From Lama guanicoe (taxonomy: Eukaryota), in contig MU053881.1 in NCBI GenBank assembly GCA_013239625.1, positions 15,058,373 to 15,122,372 on the forward strand: DNA of 64,000 nt, given 5' to 3'. Below are positions 40,603 through 55,409 of this stretch, in pieces; within the stretch, counting starts at the first letter, position 1; each line of letters opens with the position of its first letter. The notes under the pieces were generated by a model that saw only the letters and a list, made by a program, of their open reading frames with translations, did not search any database and was not told the DNA's origin. A program made the translations under genes and the position numbers.

Positions 40603-43094
40603 TCACTCGGCAGACTCCGCATCAAACCTGAGGTCCTGGAGAACCTCGCTGATCGCTTCCATGGTTTTAATTACCCTACAAGAGTGGATGGGAACTATAA
40701 ATAAAACCCAGATGGGGTGAATTAGCCGCTGCTGCGCAGCTCTGAGGGGGCAGACCCTGGGCCCTCCTGCCTGCTGCCAAACCTCCAAGCAGCACTAACA
40801 GCCGGGAGGACCATTTGTGTACCTGGGAGGAGTGGTGGTCCCGTGGGTCAGAGTGGCAGAGAGAAAAGGCCATTTTGGGTCGGTATGTGCCACAGGGAAG
40901 GTGCAGAGTGTGACACTGGCAGATGTTGAGCACGTGTGCACATGTGCGCACTTGGGGGGTGTTGAAGGCAGGAATGTGCAGGCATGTGTCTGGTGGGGCC
41001 AGGGCAGCCATGTCCACGCTCCAAGTCAAGCCATGTGAGCAGGATTGGTGTGTGTGACGTGTGCAGCTGTGCCCTGAAAATGCAGAGTCTGGTGTGAAAT
41101 TGCAGTGTGTGTGCTGAGAGAATGTCTGCTGTACATCTAGGAGCCACCAGGTGAGGACTCAGGTGTGCACATCCTAAGAGTTGTGTGCAGGTCTGGAGGA
41201 TTGGCACAGTCTGACCTTGCCAGCCCTGGGGCACACCTGGCTGGGGTTGGGTACCCAAGGGTGCATGTGCAAGTCTAGCACAGTCAGCCCACTGGGAGGC
41301 AGCACTCACTTCATCTTCAGCTGGTGCATCTGCACGGTGTCCTCCTGCCCAGTCAGCTCTGGTGCCCCCATCAGCTGCAGCAGGGCCACCTGGATGGGCA
41401 GTGGGCAGCAAGGAAGATGTCACAGCTGACAGAGGCCACCCCCTGCCCTCCCACATAATAGGGAGGAAGAGACACTGACACAGCGAAAAAGGCAGCACAA
41501 GAGTGAGGCCATGGCAGGCGGGGAGTCTCAAGGGGAGGTACTTAGCGCAGGAGGAATCTAGGATTAGGTTTAGGGGGGCTTGGGAGGAGTGGGGCCGAGT
41601 GGGCGGCCCTAGAGTCAGAGAGAGAGCAATGGGGACATGGCTTCATGTAGGCATAAAAGGTAGGGGAACTGTTAGCCGGGAAATCTCAACCAGGGGTTGG
41701 TGGTCGGGGGTGAAGTAGGCGGGGGTCTCAATCTCAGGGACCTGCCTGGCGTTATAATTCAGGATGGAAGTAGGCCGAAAACCTAGACTGGGTTTGGGAA
41801 TCTAAGGCAGAGTGGCCTGGGAATCCCAGTGTAGCATATGATGTGGGCGTGCCTTCACGTGGATTTGGCCTGCAGTGTATCTCGGTCAGGACTGGCTGTC
41901 GGGACAGAGTAGGCGGGGCCTTGGAACCCTAGCGGGAGGAGTAGGCCCAGGAGTAGGCAGGGATCTGGAGTACCAGCCTGGGGAGTTGGTTAGAACCAGA
42001 GGGGTAGGAGCGCCCTAGGGGCGGGGTCTGGGATGGAGTGGGCGTGTCCTGGGACTAAAAACCTGGGTGAAACTGGGGGCGGACAGGAGGGGACTAAGCT
42101 TGAGAATTTTAAGTGAAACCTTAATGAACGACTTAGGTGGGCCAGGAAGAGTGGGTTCTGGGGCACCAGGGGCGAGGTTTGAGGGGACAACCTGGCCCCT
42201 CCCTCAAGGGGCGCACAGTGGGCTAAGGCCCGAGAGACAAGGGGTGGAGTAGGAGGATACGAGGCCGGGGGAGGGCCCTCACCGTGGCCAGGCGCGTCTC
42301 TTCCAGCTGCTGCAGGCTGCGCACGTGGCTCGCGAGCAGCGGCTGCACTCGGGGTCCAGCCAGCTCGGCCTCCACCGCCATTACCTCCCGCGAGGCGGCG
42401 GCGAAGATTTGGGTCACCTCGTGTACCGTGCTCCGGTAGCGCGGGAAGTCGTAAGGCGGGCCGCTGCTCAGGTACTGGCGGTGGCCTCTGCGGCAGATGG
42501 GGGTCCTGAGGCTACGGCACTGGCTCTCAGGTCCTGCAACCGCATCGACTACCTAGAAGCCTCCCAGGAAGTATCCCTGAACCCCAGAGTGTGGAGGACG
42601 TTTTAACTCCCGCAGGGTAACTCGAGACGGGCCCACCCCTGAGCGTGGGTAAGGGAGAGACGCCACTCGGAGCTCTGGTCTCCGGACAAACCCCACCCCA
42701 CCTCTGACAACGCAGCCGCGCGGGGACCTAGTTCCTCCTCAAGGTACGCCCATCTCCAGAGCGGGCTAGGGGCTTAACCCTGTGACCCCTGCCCTCCCCT
42801 ATGCCCACACTTACTCCTCCAGCCGGCGGAAGGCCTGCGCGCGCTCAGCCTGCAATTGGTGGATTCGCTGCACCAGCGCCCGGATCGGGGCATCTTTCTA
42901 AGGGGCGGGGGGCATGGCTAAGGCATGAAGACGGCGTCCCCCGATCCTGCACCGCCCACCCCACGCTAGTTCCTGCTCGGGCTCGAGCTCACCCAGGGCC
43001 ACACCGGCTCCTCGCGCTCCGGGACTCCAGTGGCGGCCTCAGCACCCGGCGCTACGGAGACAGCGGACTCCGCCACGGCCTCGGCGGTGATCAT
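40603..43094 (-). CDS. REX1BD: Required for excision 1-B domain containing protein (C19orf60), 180 aa, 5 exons
   Basis: Exons (minus): 43094-42993, 42897-42815, 42487-42283, 41389-41310, 40675-40603; 543 nt in frame. [10 protein letters not shown]...[37 protein letters not shown]...[23 protein letters not shown]. Confidence 0.92.
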
Positions 43095-43667
43095 GATTGC
43101 ACAGCTCTGGCCCAACCCGGGAGCAGGTTACTCCGATGCGCCAGGCGCCCCCTGCAGGCCCGGAGGACCCAGAGACCCCGGACAATAAGGGGAAGCAAAG
43201 ACTGGGGGCTTCTCACGCCGCACTCTCCACTCACCCCGCACTCTCCACTCACCCAGCCCCTGTACTTGTTCCCATCCAGAACCTGTCTTACCATTTTTGC
43301 CCTTGAATGTACGGTACTGTATAGAGCAAGGCTGTTCCCTGGTTTGTTTCTACACAGCCATGTCAACACCCGACTTTGTTTCATCCTCACATCCTGTTCC
43401 CACTCAAAATTTTTAAAAGTGGAGCCCGAGAATATATCCATCATCTCATGCCACAAGGTTATAAGAATGGGATTTGAATGTAGGTTTTGACCCCGGAGAG
43501 CTCAAGTTGCTGGAACCCAGCTGACAGCAGATTCACCAGCAGGTTGTGTGAACTGCTCAGAAGTGAGCTGGAGGGCCTGTGCAAAGGCCCTGAGGTGGAA
43601 GTGTGAGGCAGGGGTGAGGCCAGCAGGAGTTCATGTTAAGTACAAAGACTTCAGAGCTTTCCAACTG

Positions 43668-43702
43668 GAGATACACCTAGTTTGAGATACACCTAGTTTG
43701 AG
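43668..43702. repeat. Perfect 16-bp tandem duplication
   Basis: gagatacacctagttt x2, followed by gag. Confidence 0.85.
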
Positions 43703-44437
43703 CTTTAGAAGCTTCCTCCTCCAGGGGTGGACATGGGGAAGACCAGATAGTGGTGGCCTGGTTTAGGGAGGAGGGCAGTTGACAAAAGATAAAACCCACG
43801 TACCTAAGGCATGGAGTGACAGCCTTAAGCTGGCACTCCAGGTCTCAGCTGCTCAGGCATCATTGCTCAGGCCTTGATTGTCAAGTCCCAATCATCCCAA
43901 GGGAAATAAAACCCATGGCCTTGCCAGGGTGCAACAACCCTCACCTGATTTGCAGACTGCCCTCCCAGAGAGAGCTCGTGGATCTTGGGTGGGGTCTAGG
44001 AGCTAATGGTCAGTCAAAATTGAGAACAGGTGTTTTTACACTAGGTGGGGCATTTCTTTTTACCCACACCTGAACACCTCCAAGATTCAGGCATGAGGGC
44101 TGTCAACATGCCTGACCAGGTCCTACCAGTCCCTGGGCTGGAGGTCTTAATTCCCACTTTACAGATAACAAAACTCAAGTGGGCAGGCTCACTAGGCTAT
44201 ATGGCAGTGGGCCAGGACTGAACCTTGCTCGTGCTGTGGTTATGACAACTTCAGGCATGGAGGGCAGGGGCCATGGCCCATCTTACACATGAGACAACTA
44301 GAACCCAGGAGAGTGGACCCCCAAGGACTATGAAGAATTGAGTGACAGGAAGTCACTAACGGAGATGCCCACACCTCAGCCACCTCCCCACTGGACAGAC
44401 CAGCCACAAGGACACCAGTTACTGCTCCAGTCAATCA

Positions 44438-45943
<1,506 letters not shown>

Positions 45944-46813
45944 TTAGTCTCAACTACTAGCCCTGTGCCTGCACTGACCCCAAGCAAGCCCACCCACGTG
46001 CCAGTTTCCCTCCACCATCCCAAACCTTCAGCTTCAACTTCAAAGATGGAATGAGTACAGGGCTGGGGTACCACTTTGCCAAACACCTTCCCGAAGGATG
46101 GTCTGGAGATCCCATCCTTCCTCCTCTCCGCCAGCCCCTGCTCTTCCTGCAGCAGCTTAGGAATTTAACCTTAATAGCATCCCCCCAACACACACTTTCC
46201 TCCCTACAGTCTCCAAGCTCAGACACCCAAAACTCGGGCTCCCTTCCAAGTTATGCCCTAATTCTCAGACTACATTTCCTGCCTCTGATCCAGTCTATTA
46301 ATAGTAATTGCCAACCACGTGCCTAATACTTGTTTACAGATATCATTTACTTTTTCATTTTCCAAAAATGTGGGGGGAATCTAGAAAATAGTCGGTACTA
46401 TCAACCTTACAGATGTAGAAAAGTAGAGACCCAACTCAGGTGTTTAGTATTTTTAAAGGGGCTGGCCGTATCTGCCTCAGAAAAAAAAAAACAAAACTAC
46501 AGTTAATACGCTTTCCCGTTAAACTGGATCTGCCCCGGGGGACACATCTTCCCCTCGAGGCCTCGCTGGATAGCTCGGGGTGGCGGAGTGGGCATGCTCC
46601 TCTTCCAAAAGCCGGTTTCCCTCCCGGGGCCCAGTCTGGACTTGGAACCCCCGCCCAATGCGCCCTGCTAAGTCGACCCTGCCGACTCGCAGAGCCTGGC
46701 CTGCATAGACCGGTTCCGCGCCGCCCCCTCCGCTGGCCAAACTGCCGCCGCCACCCGCAACCTCCCGCCCAAGCCCGACTTGGGGGCCAACGCGCAAGTC
46801 CGCCGCCACCAAC

Positions 46814-46870
46814 CTGCTCAGCCGCCTCGTTGAAGAGAAAGAGGGCGGCGGAACCGGAAACCGCCGATTC
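46814..46870 (-). promoter_or_regulatory. UBA52: UBA52 non-coding exon 1 with 5'TOP/TCT initiator and upstream ETS (GABP-type) sites
   Basis: Minus strand reads tttccggttccgccgcc CTCTTTCTCTTC aacgaggcggctgagcag|gttggt; pyrimidine tract at 46843-46832; within a CpG island at about 46550-47230. Confidence 0.8.
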
Positions 46871-47852
46871 GCCACCGAAAGCGCTTGCGCACCGAGCACG
46901 CTGCGTGCCTACGTCACAATCTGCGCCACGCTGCGTGCCCCACCCTCGGCCCCGCCCCGCTACCATGTTGGGTGCCGGCGAACGAAGCCGCAGCGCCTGT
47001 GGGCGACCGTCGCCCATCTGCATCCGGGTGTGAGCCCCGCCTGTCGGGTCACGTCGGAAGACTGCTGCACCTTTCCAGGTGTTTCTGCCCGCTGTCTCCA
47101 GGCCGGCTGAGGACTGCCGGCACATAGCGGGTACTCTGGAAATACTTGAACAGAGTAGAGGAGATTGTTTTGTGCTAAAGCAAAGGGTCTGCGTGTCCAG
47201 GACGCAGGGCCAAACGTGCGACACCCTGAGAGCCTTGGAGGCTCTCTGGCCGCTTTGCAGATGAATTTCAGGGCGGGTGCATACAGGAGCAGGGAGAGCA
47301 GGTGGGGCAGGTGCATTCACTCAAGGAAATGGGGTGGGACCAGGTCTGTTCTGGATATAGGACGGAGATTTGTGGGTGGCTAAAAAGTACGGGGCACTGG
47401 AAAGAGGTGAGGATGTGAAGTTACCTGTGGGTTTGGCGGCATACCTTATTATTGCCTTGAACACTTCCCAGCGCCCCCTATGGACCAGGCAAAAGCAGGC
47501 ATTCTGAGGTCTGGGAAGATGCCTTTAATAACGGACCCAGTCTAGCTCCCTGAGGGGCCCACTCTGGGGCTGAGTGGAGGATGAGTTATTCTAGGAGGTA
47601 AGTGAATGTTTCAGGCAGTGGGAATAGTATGTTGGAAGGCCTAAATGGTGATAGGAGGTGGGGTTATTATGGCCATCACAGGAGACTCCCACCCAAAGCA
47701 GCCATGTATGTTTCTTTCTAGCCCAGTGGTGCCTGGCTGTCCATAACCGTCCTGTCCACATCCAGCACTTGTCCACCTTCTGGGCTGCTCAGCCCAAGGA
47801 TGGAAGGAAGCCACTAATAGGTATACCTTTCCCTTTTTAGTAACAGAGTCTT

Positions 47853-47858
47853 TTTATT
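47853..47858 (-). terminator. KXD1 polyadenylation signal AATAAA
   Basis: tttatt on the + strand, about 710 nt after the KXD1 stop. Confidence 0.65.
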
Positions 47859-48568
47859 GATAACTTCCCAACAGCATCTGTAAACATCGGTTACAAAAAT
47901 ACTCCACTTAACTCTGTTTTCCAAGGTGGCTCGGCTTGCTCCATGAAGGCCCCAGGAGAGGCCTGCTGGGCCCTCAGGGTACACACTTCTGGTCAGAGAA
48001 ACATGGGCCTTACCTCAGGCTCTGGGCTGAGTGGCTGGCTAACCTGTCTTGAGCCTTCTATGACTATCTTAGAAACCTCCTTGAGACTGGGGAAAGTATT
48101 TCATACTTTCATTGGAGGAAGGGGCAAGGAGACCAGAATTAGTAGGTACAGGGGTGGACTGGGGTGAACTCAGACAGGACAGTGCTTGTCTACTTTGAAG
48201 AAGTCCTGGCCAGGGTGCTGGGTCAGGGGGCATCTGGCTCTCCTCTCTGGGAACCTTTAAGTGTTGTTCAGAGTAGACCTCAGGCCTGGCTCTGGAAAAG
48301 CTACCTTGCGCCCAACCCAGTGACTCCAGCTGGGCTGGACTCCCTGACCTGGCAGAGGGGTCGAGGAGAGATGTTCTTAGAATGGGAATGCTAGATCCCA
48401 GGAATTCCATACCCCAGCAAGGGAGCCTTGTCCCCCAGGGAGCTCCAAATGACAAAACAGGGTGGCAAAGCTGACTGTCTCGAGGCAGAGTTACCCGCTG
48501 CCACCTCAGACATCTGGGGAGTGGTGCTGCCGCTGCCCTGAGACCCTACCAAGCTCCTGGGAGCAGGG

Positions 48569-51500
48569 CTACTCGCCCGGCGTCTCCTCGTCATCTGTAT
48601 GGCTGCGGCCATTGATGGCAGGGGAGCTGGACCGGACATGGGACAGGTCCTCGAAGCCGGGGCTGAGGGAGGGCGAGACAGTGTCGGGGCTGGTGTCGCA
48701 CGAGCCTGTGCTCTGTTCCGAGGTGGCAATGGTTGTTGTGGTGCTAGGTGGGATGGGGTCTTCATCCTCATCCTCCAGGAGGGACGCTTCTGGGATGTCT
48801 GGGGGAAGGAGGCCCACGAGTTGACTTAGTCATCATGGCAGGCAGTGTGATGAGGGATTAATTGGGCCCATGACCCCTGACAGCTCCCGCCACACCACAG
48901 GACATGACTTGGTCCATTTCATAGAGGAGGAAACTGAGGCCAAGGCAGGTAAGAGGCCTCCCTTCAAGGAGAGATGAGGTAAGGACCCAGGTTCTCTGGG
49001 GTCAGACCTACATGGATCTGGGAATAAGCCTGAGCCTGGCTCTGCCCTCTGGACTGTGTCACCTGGGCCAGGCCCTTCACCTGCCCATGCCTCAGCTCCC
49101 TGCTCTATAAACTGGGAATGACAGCATTGCCTCTGTGCCTGTGGTTGTCAGCAGTCATGGAGTGGGAAGCTATTGGCCCATTCAGCAGTGGGTAAACTGA
49201 AGCTCAGTGTGGCGGACATTGCACTTCCTCTTGACAAGTCACTGCCCCTCTGGGCCTCAGTCCCCCATGTGAAGTGGGGATATTCATATTTCCCACCTCG
49301 CAGGTGGGCGTGGTAACAGCCTGGCTTTTAGGGGTACATGGCACTCACTAGGCCAAAGACTATCATCCTTGTCCACATTCCCTCATGTGACCTCCCCCCA
49401 GGGAAGAGACCCTGGTCCCAGCAGCTGCTCTGCAGGCTGCCAAGGGTAGGCCAGCACCCCCACCCACCAACCCCTGTCCCAGGTCTCTCCAGACCCACTG
49501 CCCATCAAGGCCTAGGCTTGGTGGCAACCCCTGAGGTGACCATCCAGAAGCCAGCCCTGGGCCCAGGGCATTGGCATCCAAGGGCACAGAGCCCAGACGC
49601 AGGACGCAGGAGCTCTAGGTGACACTTACGGCTGAAGGCCTCCGGGTGCTGCCTGGCCAGCTTCCCTTTCAGTGTCCTGCAGGGGAAGGGAAGGCACACA
49701 GGACTGAATCTGCCAAGTGGACAGGCTGGGCCTGGTGCAGGCAGAAACCCTTGCTGCCAGTTCTGGGCAGATGTGGGGGGGTGAGAACTCCCCCTCACTG
49801 CTGGTCACACTCTGCTCCCCAGCTGGAGGGAGGCCCAGGCACTTGGCCCTGTGGAACTCCCACCCCCAGGACGGAGAGCAGCTACTCAGCTGTCCCACAC
49901 TTTCCATGTATCCTCAGTACTGGGTCTGTGGGCTGGCTGGGCCCTCTACCTGCAATGCCTTATGTCTAGAACTCTTCAACCTTCCAGGAAGCTCCCCTTC
50001 CCCTCTCAACAGGCACTCCTCTGGGTGACTCGTCCCAAGCTGTCTCTCCATCCCCGGGTAAGGATGCCTGTGTGGGGGCCAGGAGTGCTGACTGTCCACA
50101 CCTCAAATACCAAATAATGGCACTCATTAAACTGAAGTTCATGGAGAAGCACCCGTTTCCATGTTTAACCTGTTTTTTTCCTTTTCACCTGAAGTAATGC
50201 AGTCCTGTTTACAAGGAATTACAAAAGGGTCTTCAGAGCAGCGTCTCACCCTTGACTATGCCCTCCTCTCCACAGAAGTACCACTGCTGCTGGGTCCCTG
50301 CCTGGGTGGACCCACTTCCCTCCTTCCTGAGTGATACAGACACATACAAAAGATGTCGCCCCTTGGGGTTCCTGCTCTACCTCTACCCCTGCAACACCAC
50401 AGGTGGGCAGCCCACCTGCTGAGATACCCCAAAAAAGATATGCTTTTATAAAGGATTTAACTGGCCTGTCTTGTGATTTCTGCACAGAACTTGCTCAAGG
50501 AAACACGTTCCCCTCAATCTGTGGCACCTGCTCTGTGAGCAGGTGCAGTTGCCCCCGGAACAGAGGAAATGGCACAGTTGGCAGGGAGCGCAGCTGCGGC
50601 ACCAGCTTGGTCCAGGCCTTGGTGCCCAGCCACAGCTGTTCACAGCAGCAGTGATGATGCAAGCTCCGGGTGCCAGGCCAAGCATTCTGTGTGGCTGGGG
50701 ACTTGGACATCATCTTTCCCTGTCCTCATGGAAACCAGGTCAAGAAGGACCCATAAACCTGGCAATCTCACTTGCTCTTGAGAGAAGAACTGGGTGGGCA
50801 CCAAAGGGGACAGGAAGCTAGCCTTTTACTGGCTGCTCCTGCCTGCCTTTTGCATTATGCATTGGGCGCTACATCGCATTTTCAAAAGAGAAGTAAAATT
50901 TAAAGTCAGAAACTCCCAAGATTTTCAGGTCTTCTCTAATACTAAGTGTGTGATGAAGCCTAGGAAAGCAAACAAGCTAAATCTCCCCACCGCCCTGATA
51001 CGTGGAGAGGATGGCCCTCACTAAAGAGGGGAGGAACCCGAGGCTCCACGTGGGAGGAGGAGGCTGAGCACCTACCTGATCCTGCGGAAGATGCTGTCCA
51101 GGTCCCGTTTCATCTCCACCAGGGTCCTCGTGTGGTGCAGGAAGCGCTCGCTCATCTGCTGCAGGCGGGCACTTGACAGGTTGTTGAAGTTCAGCAGCAT
51201 CTCGTTGGTCTTCTCAAAGCGGTCCAGCCTGGCAGCAGAAAGAAGGCACTGACTCCTCCAGGACCCTGCCAGCTGATTGTGCTAAGCCCTTTCATGTACC
51301 ATTCTCATGTCCTGTGGAGCCCTATCTGCTGTTTGAGCCATCTAGCAAACTGCTGTTCAGCTTTCAAAACCCTACTCAAGTGTGCACTTCACCTTCTCCC
51401 TTAAGCAGACTCCTTGACTCTCCTGACTTCCCTAGCCCCAAGCTGTTTCTCTGACCCAGCCCTGACGCCATAAGACCAGGGAAGTTCAAGTCTATTTTGT

Positions 51501-52318
51501 CTCCCCTCCATCTGGGGGTTCCACAGAGCCAGGTCTGAATCTGACCTAAAAAAAATACAAGCGAGATTGGTATCACCGAGACCCAGCCATATCCAGCACT
51601 CCTGTCACAGGATGAGAAAGGTAAGGTATCAGGTCTGTGCCATGTCACAAATGGAAGGAAGAGCCTTCAGCTTAAAAACACAAAAATGAAGCCCTAGGAG
51701 ACTGTGTTGCCACCCCACTGGTGTGCCAGTCCTTCCTCCCCACAGAGCAGGCTGGAATTAGGGTGAGGCTGCAGCAGCCACAGAGCCAAGCCTCAAGGAG
51801 GTCAAAAGCCACTCAAGGCCCCTCCAAGTGACCCCAGGAGCTCTGCAGAGACAGCCTAGGCTCTGAGAGAACAGGCTCCTAAGAGGAAGTCAGCTCACTG
51901 GCCCCCTGAAATCCCCCAGCAGCCCCTTCCTTATCATCCCGACACTCCCCATTCCAGGCCTCGGGACAGGAGCTGCTGCGGCCCCGCCAAACTATCCGCA
52001 GCTGCAAAACTGTCCCAGAGCCCCGCTTCCCATGCCAAGGCCTCGCCTCCAGGCCAGGACGGAATTTACTTTGGAGCCAGCCAGCAGATTTGCTCATTTC
52101 CTTCATTTTATCACCAGTGTGGGCCCGGGGTAGAGGCGGGCAGGACAAGAATGCTAACCAGCAAGTGGATTCCTTCCCACGCCGGGGGCCCAGGGCCCTC
52201 CCTTGGCCTCCACTCACATGTTCTTCTGGGCCAGGATGATGGCATTGACATCGTCTGCATTCACCATGCTCAGGATGCGGCTGCAGAAGACCCTCGAGGC
52301 CGAGTCCGGGGGGTCCAT
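48569..52318 (-). CDS. KXD1: KxDL motif-containing protein 1 (BORC subunit), 176 aa, 4 coding exons
   Basis: Exons (minus): 52318-52218, 51228-51076, 49676-49630, 48798-48569; 531 nt. [49 protein letters not shown]...[14 protein letters not shown] (KxDL motif)...DDEETPGE*. Confidence 0.96.
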
Positions 52319-54699
52319 CTCTTCTTCCTCCTCCGCTGCCTGAAACAGGCAGGAAGAAAGAGTCTTCAGTCTGCACCAGGAAATAGGGAAGGTGGGACAG
52401 AGAGGAGGGGCTGGGAACCCTGCAGGCCATGCTACCTGAGCCTCACCTTTGTCATACCAGGAATTCAGGGATGTTTTGAGAACTACAGGAATTCATATTT
52501 ATAACTTGCACCCATGTACATAAGAATCCCATCATCCGTCCCACCTCCACACCCCCCACTTTCCATGAGCCCAAGGCCACAGGCACCTTCCTCTGTAGAT
52601 CTGCCACCCTCTTCCCATATCCCCCTGCCTCTGCCACCACAGGGCCTTTGCACCTGCTGGCCCCACTGGTAGAACATACATGGCTGCCCCCACAAATCAT
52701 CACCCTCTCCAATGCCTTCTCTCTCAAGAGGTCTTATATGACTGCCCCTACTCTGGTCATTCTTATTACTTCACCTTGTTTTACTTGCTCCCCTGGTCCA
52801 TCTCTTCCTGAAATTATCTTAGTCATCAGTTGCCCATTTGCCTGTCACCCCCACAGCAACGTCAGCTCCAGTAGGACAGAGGCATGTCTCTCTTGCTCAC
52901 TGCTCTGTCTCCAGAGCCCAGCCCAGAACCCAGTTTACAGCAAGAAACTGCCAGAATTTAGTTTGGTGGAGGCAAAAAAAAAGCTTTCAAACTCGGCTCT
53001 GAAGCTAAGACTTACATCAGCAAGTTAAAGCCAAGAATTTCAGGTACTGGCAGCCAGGCTGTGGGCCTCAGCAATCCAGATTGCTCTGTAGCTCCCAGCT
53101 TCCCTGGCATGCAGATGCCACCCCAGTGGGGCAAGGGGGCTGCTGGAATATGTGAGAGCAGGAGGGGTCACAGCTTCAGCACTGACGCTCCTGAGGGAGT
53201 TCAGGAAAAACCCAGAATCGATGCGGCTTGGCTCTGGGGTCTGCACATTTAACAGCCAACAGGAAGGCCTACTTGTAACTGTTTTAAGATTCACACACAG
53301 GATTGGGAAGGGCTTTTAGAGCCCACTTAATCTACCCTCCTCTTTACTGAGCTCCTACTGTATGCTAAACAAGACACCAATTTCAAACACTGGCAATTGT
53401 TATCATCCTTATATATGAGAAAACTGAGGCTCAGAGACTAAGGAACTAAACCGTGGTCACACAGCCAGCGAGCCCAAGTCACAACTCAAACGCCCATGGT
53501 CCACCAGATCCACAAACATGTGACTCTGAACAGATGTTCAGTATCCACCTGTGACTGGACAGCTGCCTCTTAACAGCAGCTGATTCCTGCCAGATTTCTG
53601 ATTTTTTTCCAGAAAAAAACTGAAGTACAGATTTTTTTATCCTCTGAGATAGCCTTATTTAAAAATGTTAGCAATTAATAGTTTTTCCCCCCAAACACCA
53701 TGGAGGCAAAGAATATATATCTATTTGTGCCCTGAATCTGGCTGGAGGTTTACAGCCTCTACATGCCTACTGGTGATAAACTGCCACACCTAATGAAATC
53801 CGCTCCCAACCCAATAATCACCATGCTTACTCCTACTATGTGCCAGGTATTGATATCCACAGCCTCTACATTTCCGAAGATGATCATGTATATAAAGAGG
53901 GCTCTTGGGCTCTGAAAGGACAGAGTCACATGGTGGGAGCCCCACAGCTTAAGTTTGGAAGGTGCAGGCTTTGAGCCTGTGGGAAACGGTTCTGTTTCAT
54001 AGTAGGGCTCTTCCCTGTCTCTGGTTCCCAGATATGAGAGCTAAGGGATTCCAGGCACACTCCCCCACCAGCTGCTGCTTGCAAGAAGCCGTCCCTAACA
54101 GCTAGTCTGGCCCACATACAGGGTGGAAATGACCCAGCATGGGCTCTGGTACCTGCTCCAAATATATTTATGGGGGAAAAACGCAGAGACGGAGGCTGTG
54201 TGACCTTGGGAGAGTCACCTCACCTCCCAGATCCGTTTTCTCGTCCAGAAAATAGGAATAACAAAGAATCAGAATTTCACAATGCTGTCTGTGTCAACCA
54301 ATAGCGGTAAGAGGCGCTGGGTGGGAGTAGGTAGTTTCTCCAAGTGTAATGAAGTCCTAGGGAGGGGCCAGAAATCAGTTTTCTAATGAGGGCCTCCCCA
54401 GTGCTTCCAAAAATATGAACAAACACTTGTATAGCACTTCATTTAATCCGCAATCACCCTTACGAGGCAGACAGTCATCTCCGAGGGCAACTAGGGCTCA
54501 CAGGGGTGGGCTCAGTTGCCCAAAGTCACACACCGTTGGGAGAGGCGACGCGATTTCACCCAGGTCATTTAACAGAATTTAATTTGGCTGCCCAAGTTCA
54601 GCAAAACCCCCTAGTGGGGCGGGGCTCACAAATCCCCTCGTGCCCCGACCGTGTTAAGTGGGGATACTGAGGCTCAAGCAGGGCAACGCCCGGTTCCAG

Positions 54700-55180
54700 G
54701 TGACATGGCACTGCCTGAACACACGCGGCCCCAACTCCCGCGCCCTGGATCAGGATCGGGCCCGCAGCGCCGCCCGCGCGTCCAATGAGCAAACGGGGAA
54801 ACTGAGGCCTGTGCGCAGGAGTGCCCAGATGTTGCCAGCGGCGCGTCCCACCCCGCAACAGCCCGGGTGCCGCGCCCAACCCGGCCCGGCTCCCCAGAGG
54901 CCCCCGTGTCCCCAGCCCCACCCCGAACTCGGCCTGGGCGTCGGTGGCAGCAGCACCTGCACATCTGGCGGCCTTGCTCGCGCTTCCGGGATGGCGCTCG
55001 CGCCGCCGCGACGTCACCACGCACCATGCGTGCGAGCGCGAGTGGCGGCGGCGGCGTACCCGGGGCTGATTTGCGTGCGTGGAGGTATGACAGGAAGGGG
55101 TGGGGCTTAGACAGTTTCTGTCAGAGCAGTCGTAACAACGAATAGCCAATCAAGCAGTCCCTCTCGCGCCTGCGTAATTT
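54700..55180 (-). promoter_or_regulatory. KXD1: KXD1 CpG-island promoter and probable non-coding exon 1 (donor at 54957/54956)
   Basis: CpG island with CRE-like tgacgtcg (about 55009-55016), ETS ccggaag (about 54983-54989), CCAAT at 55146, and a CAG|GTGCTG donor. Confidence 0.65.
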
Positions 55181-55409
55181 CCAAAGCCCGAGCTCCAAGG
55201 CAGCCCTGAGGAAGGAGGGGCGGAGGACTGAAATTCATCCCATTTCATAGATAGTAAGGCTGAGGTCCGAGGGCAGCAGGCATTCCCCCAAAGTCATACG
55301 CAGTGGCCTATGGTCGACCCAGACCCTGGTGTTCTGCTTTCCAGGCCAGGAATCAGACTCATTCGGGTTCAAATATCACTGCTCTAGTTTTGGTGACCTT
55401 TTTGGGGGC

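Noticed and set aside
46436..47320. 294-aa ORF over the UBA52 promoter
   Set aside because: No recognisable domain; it spans promoter, non-coding exon and intron in a CpG island.
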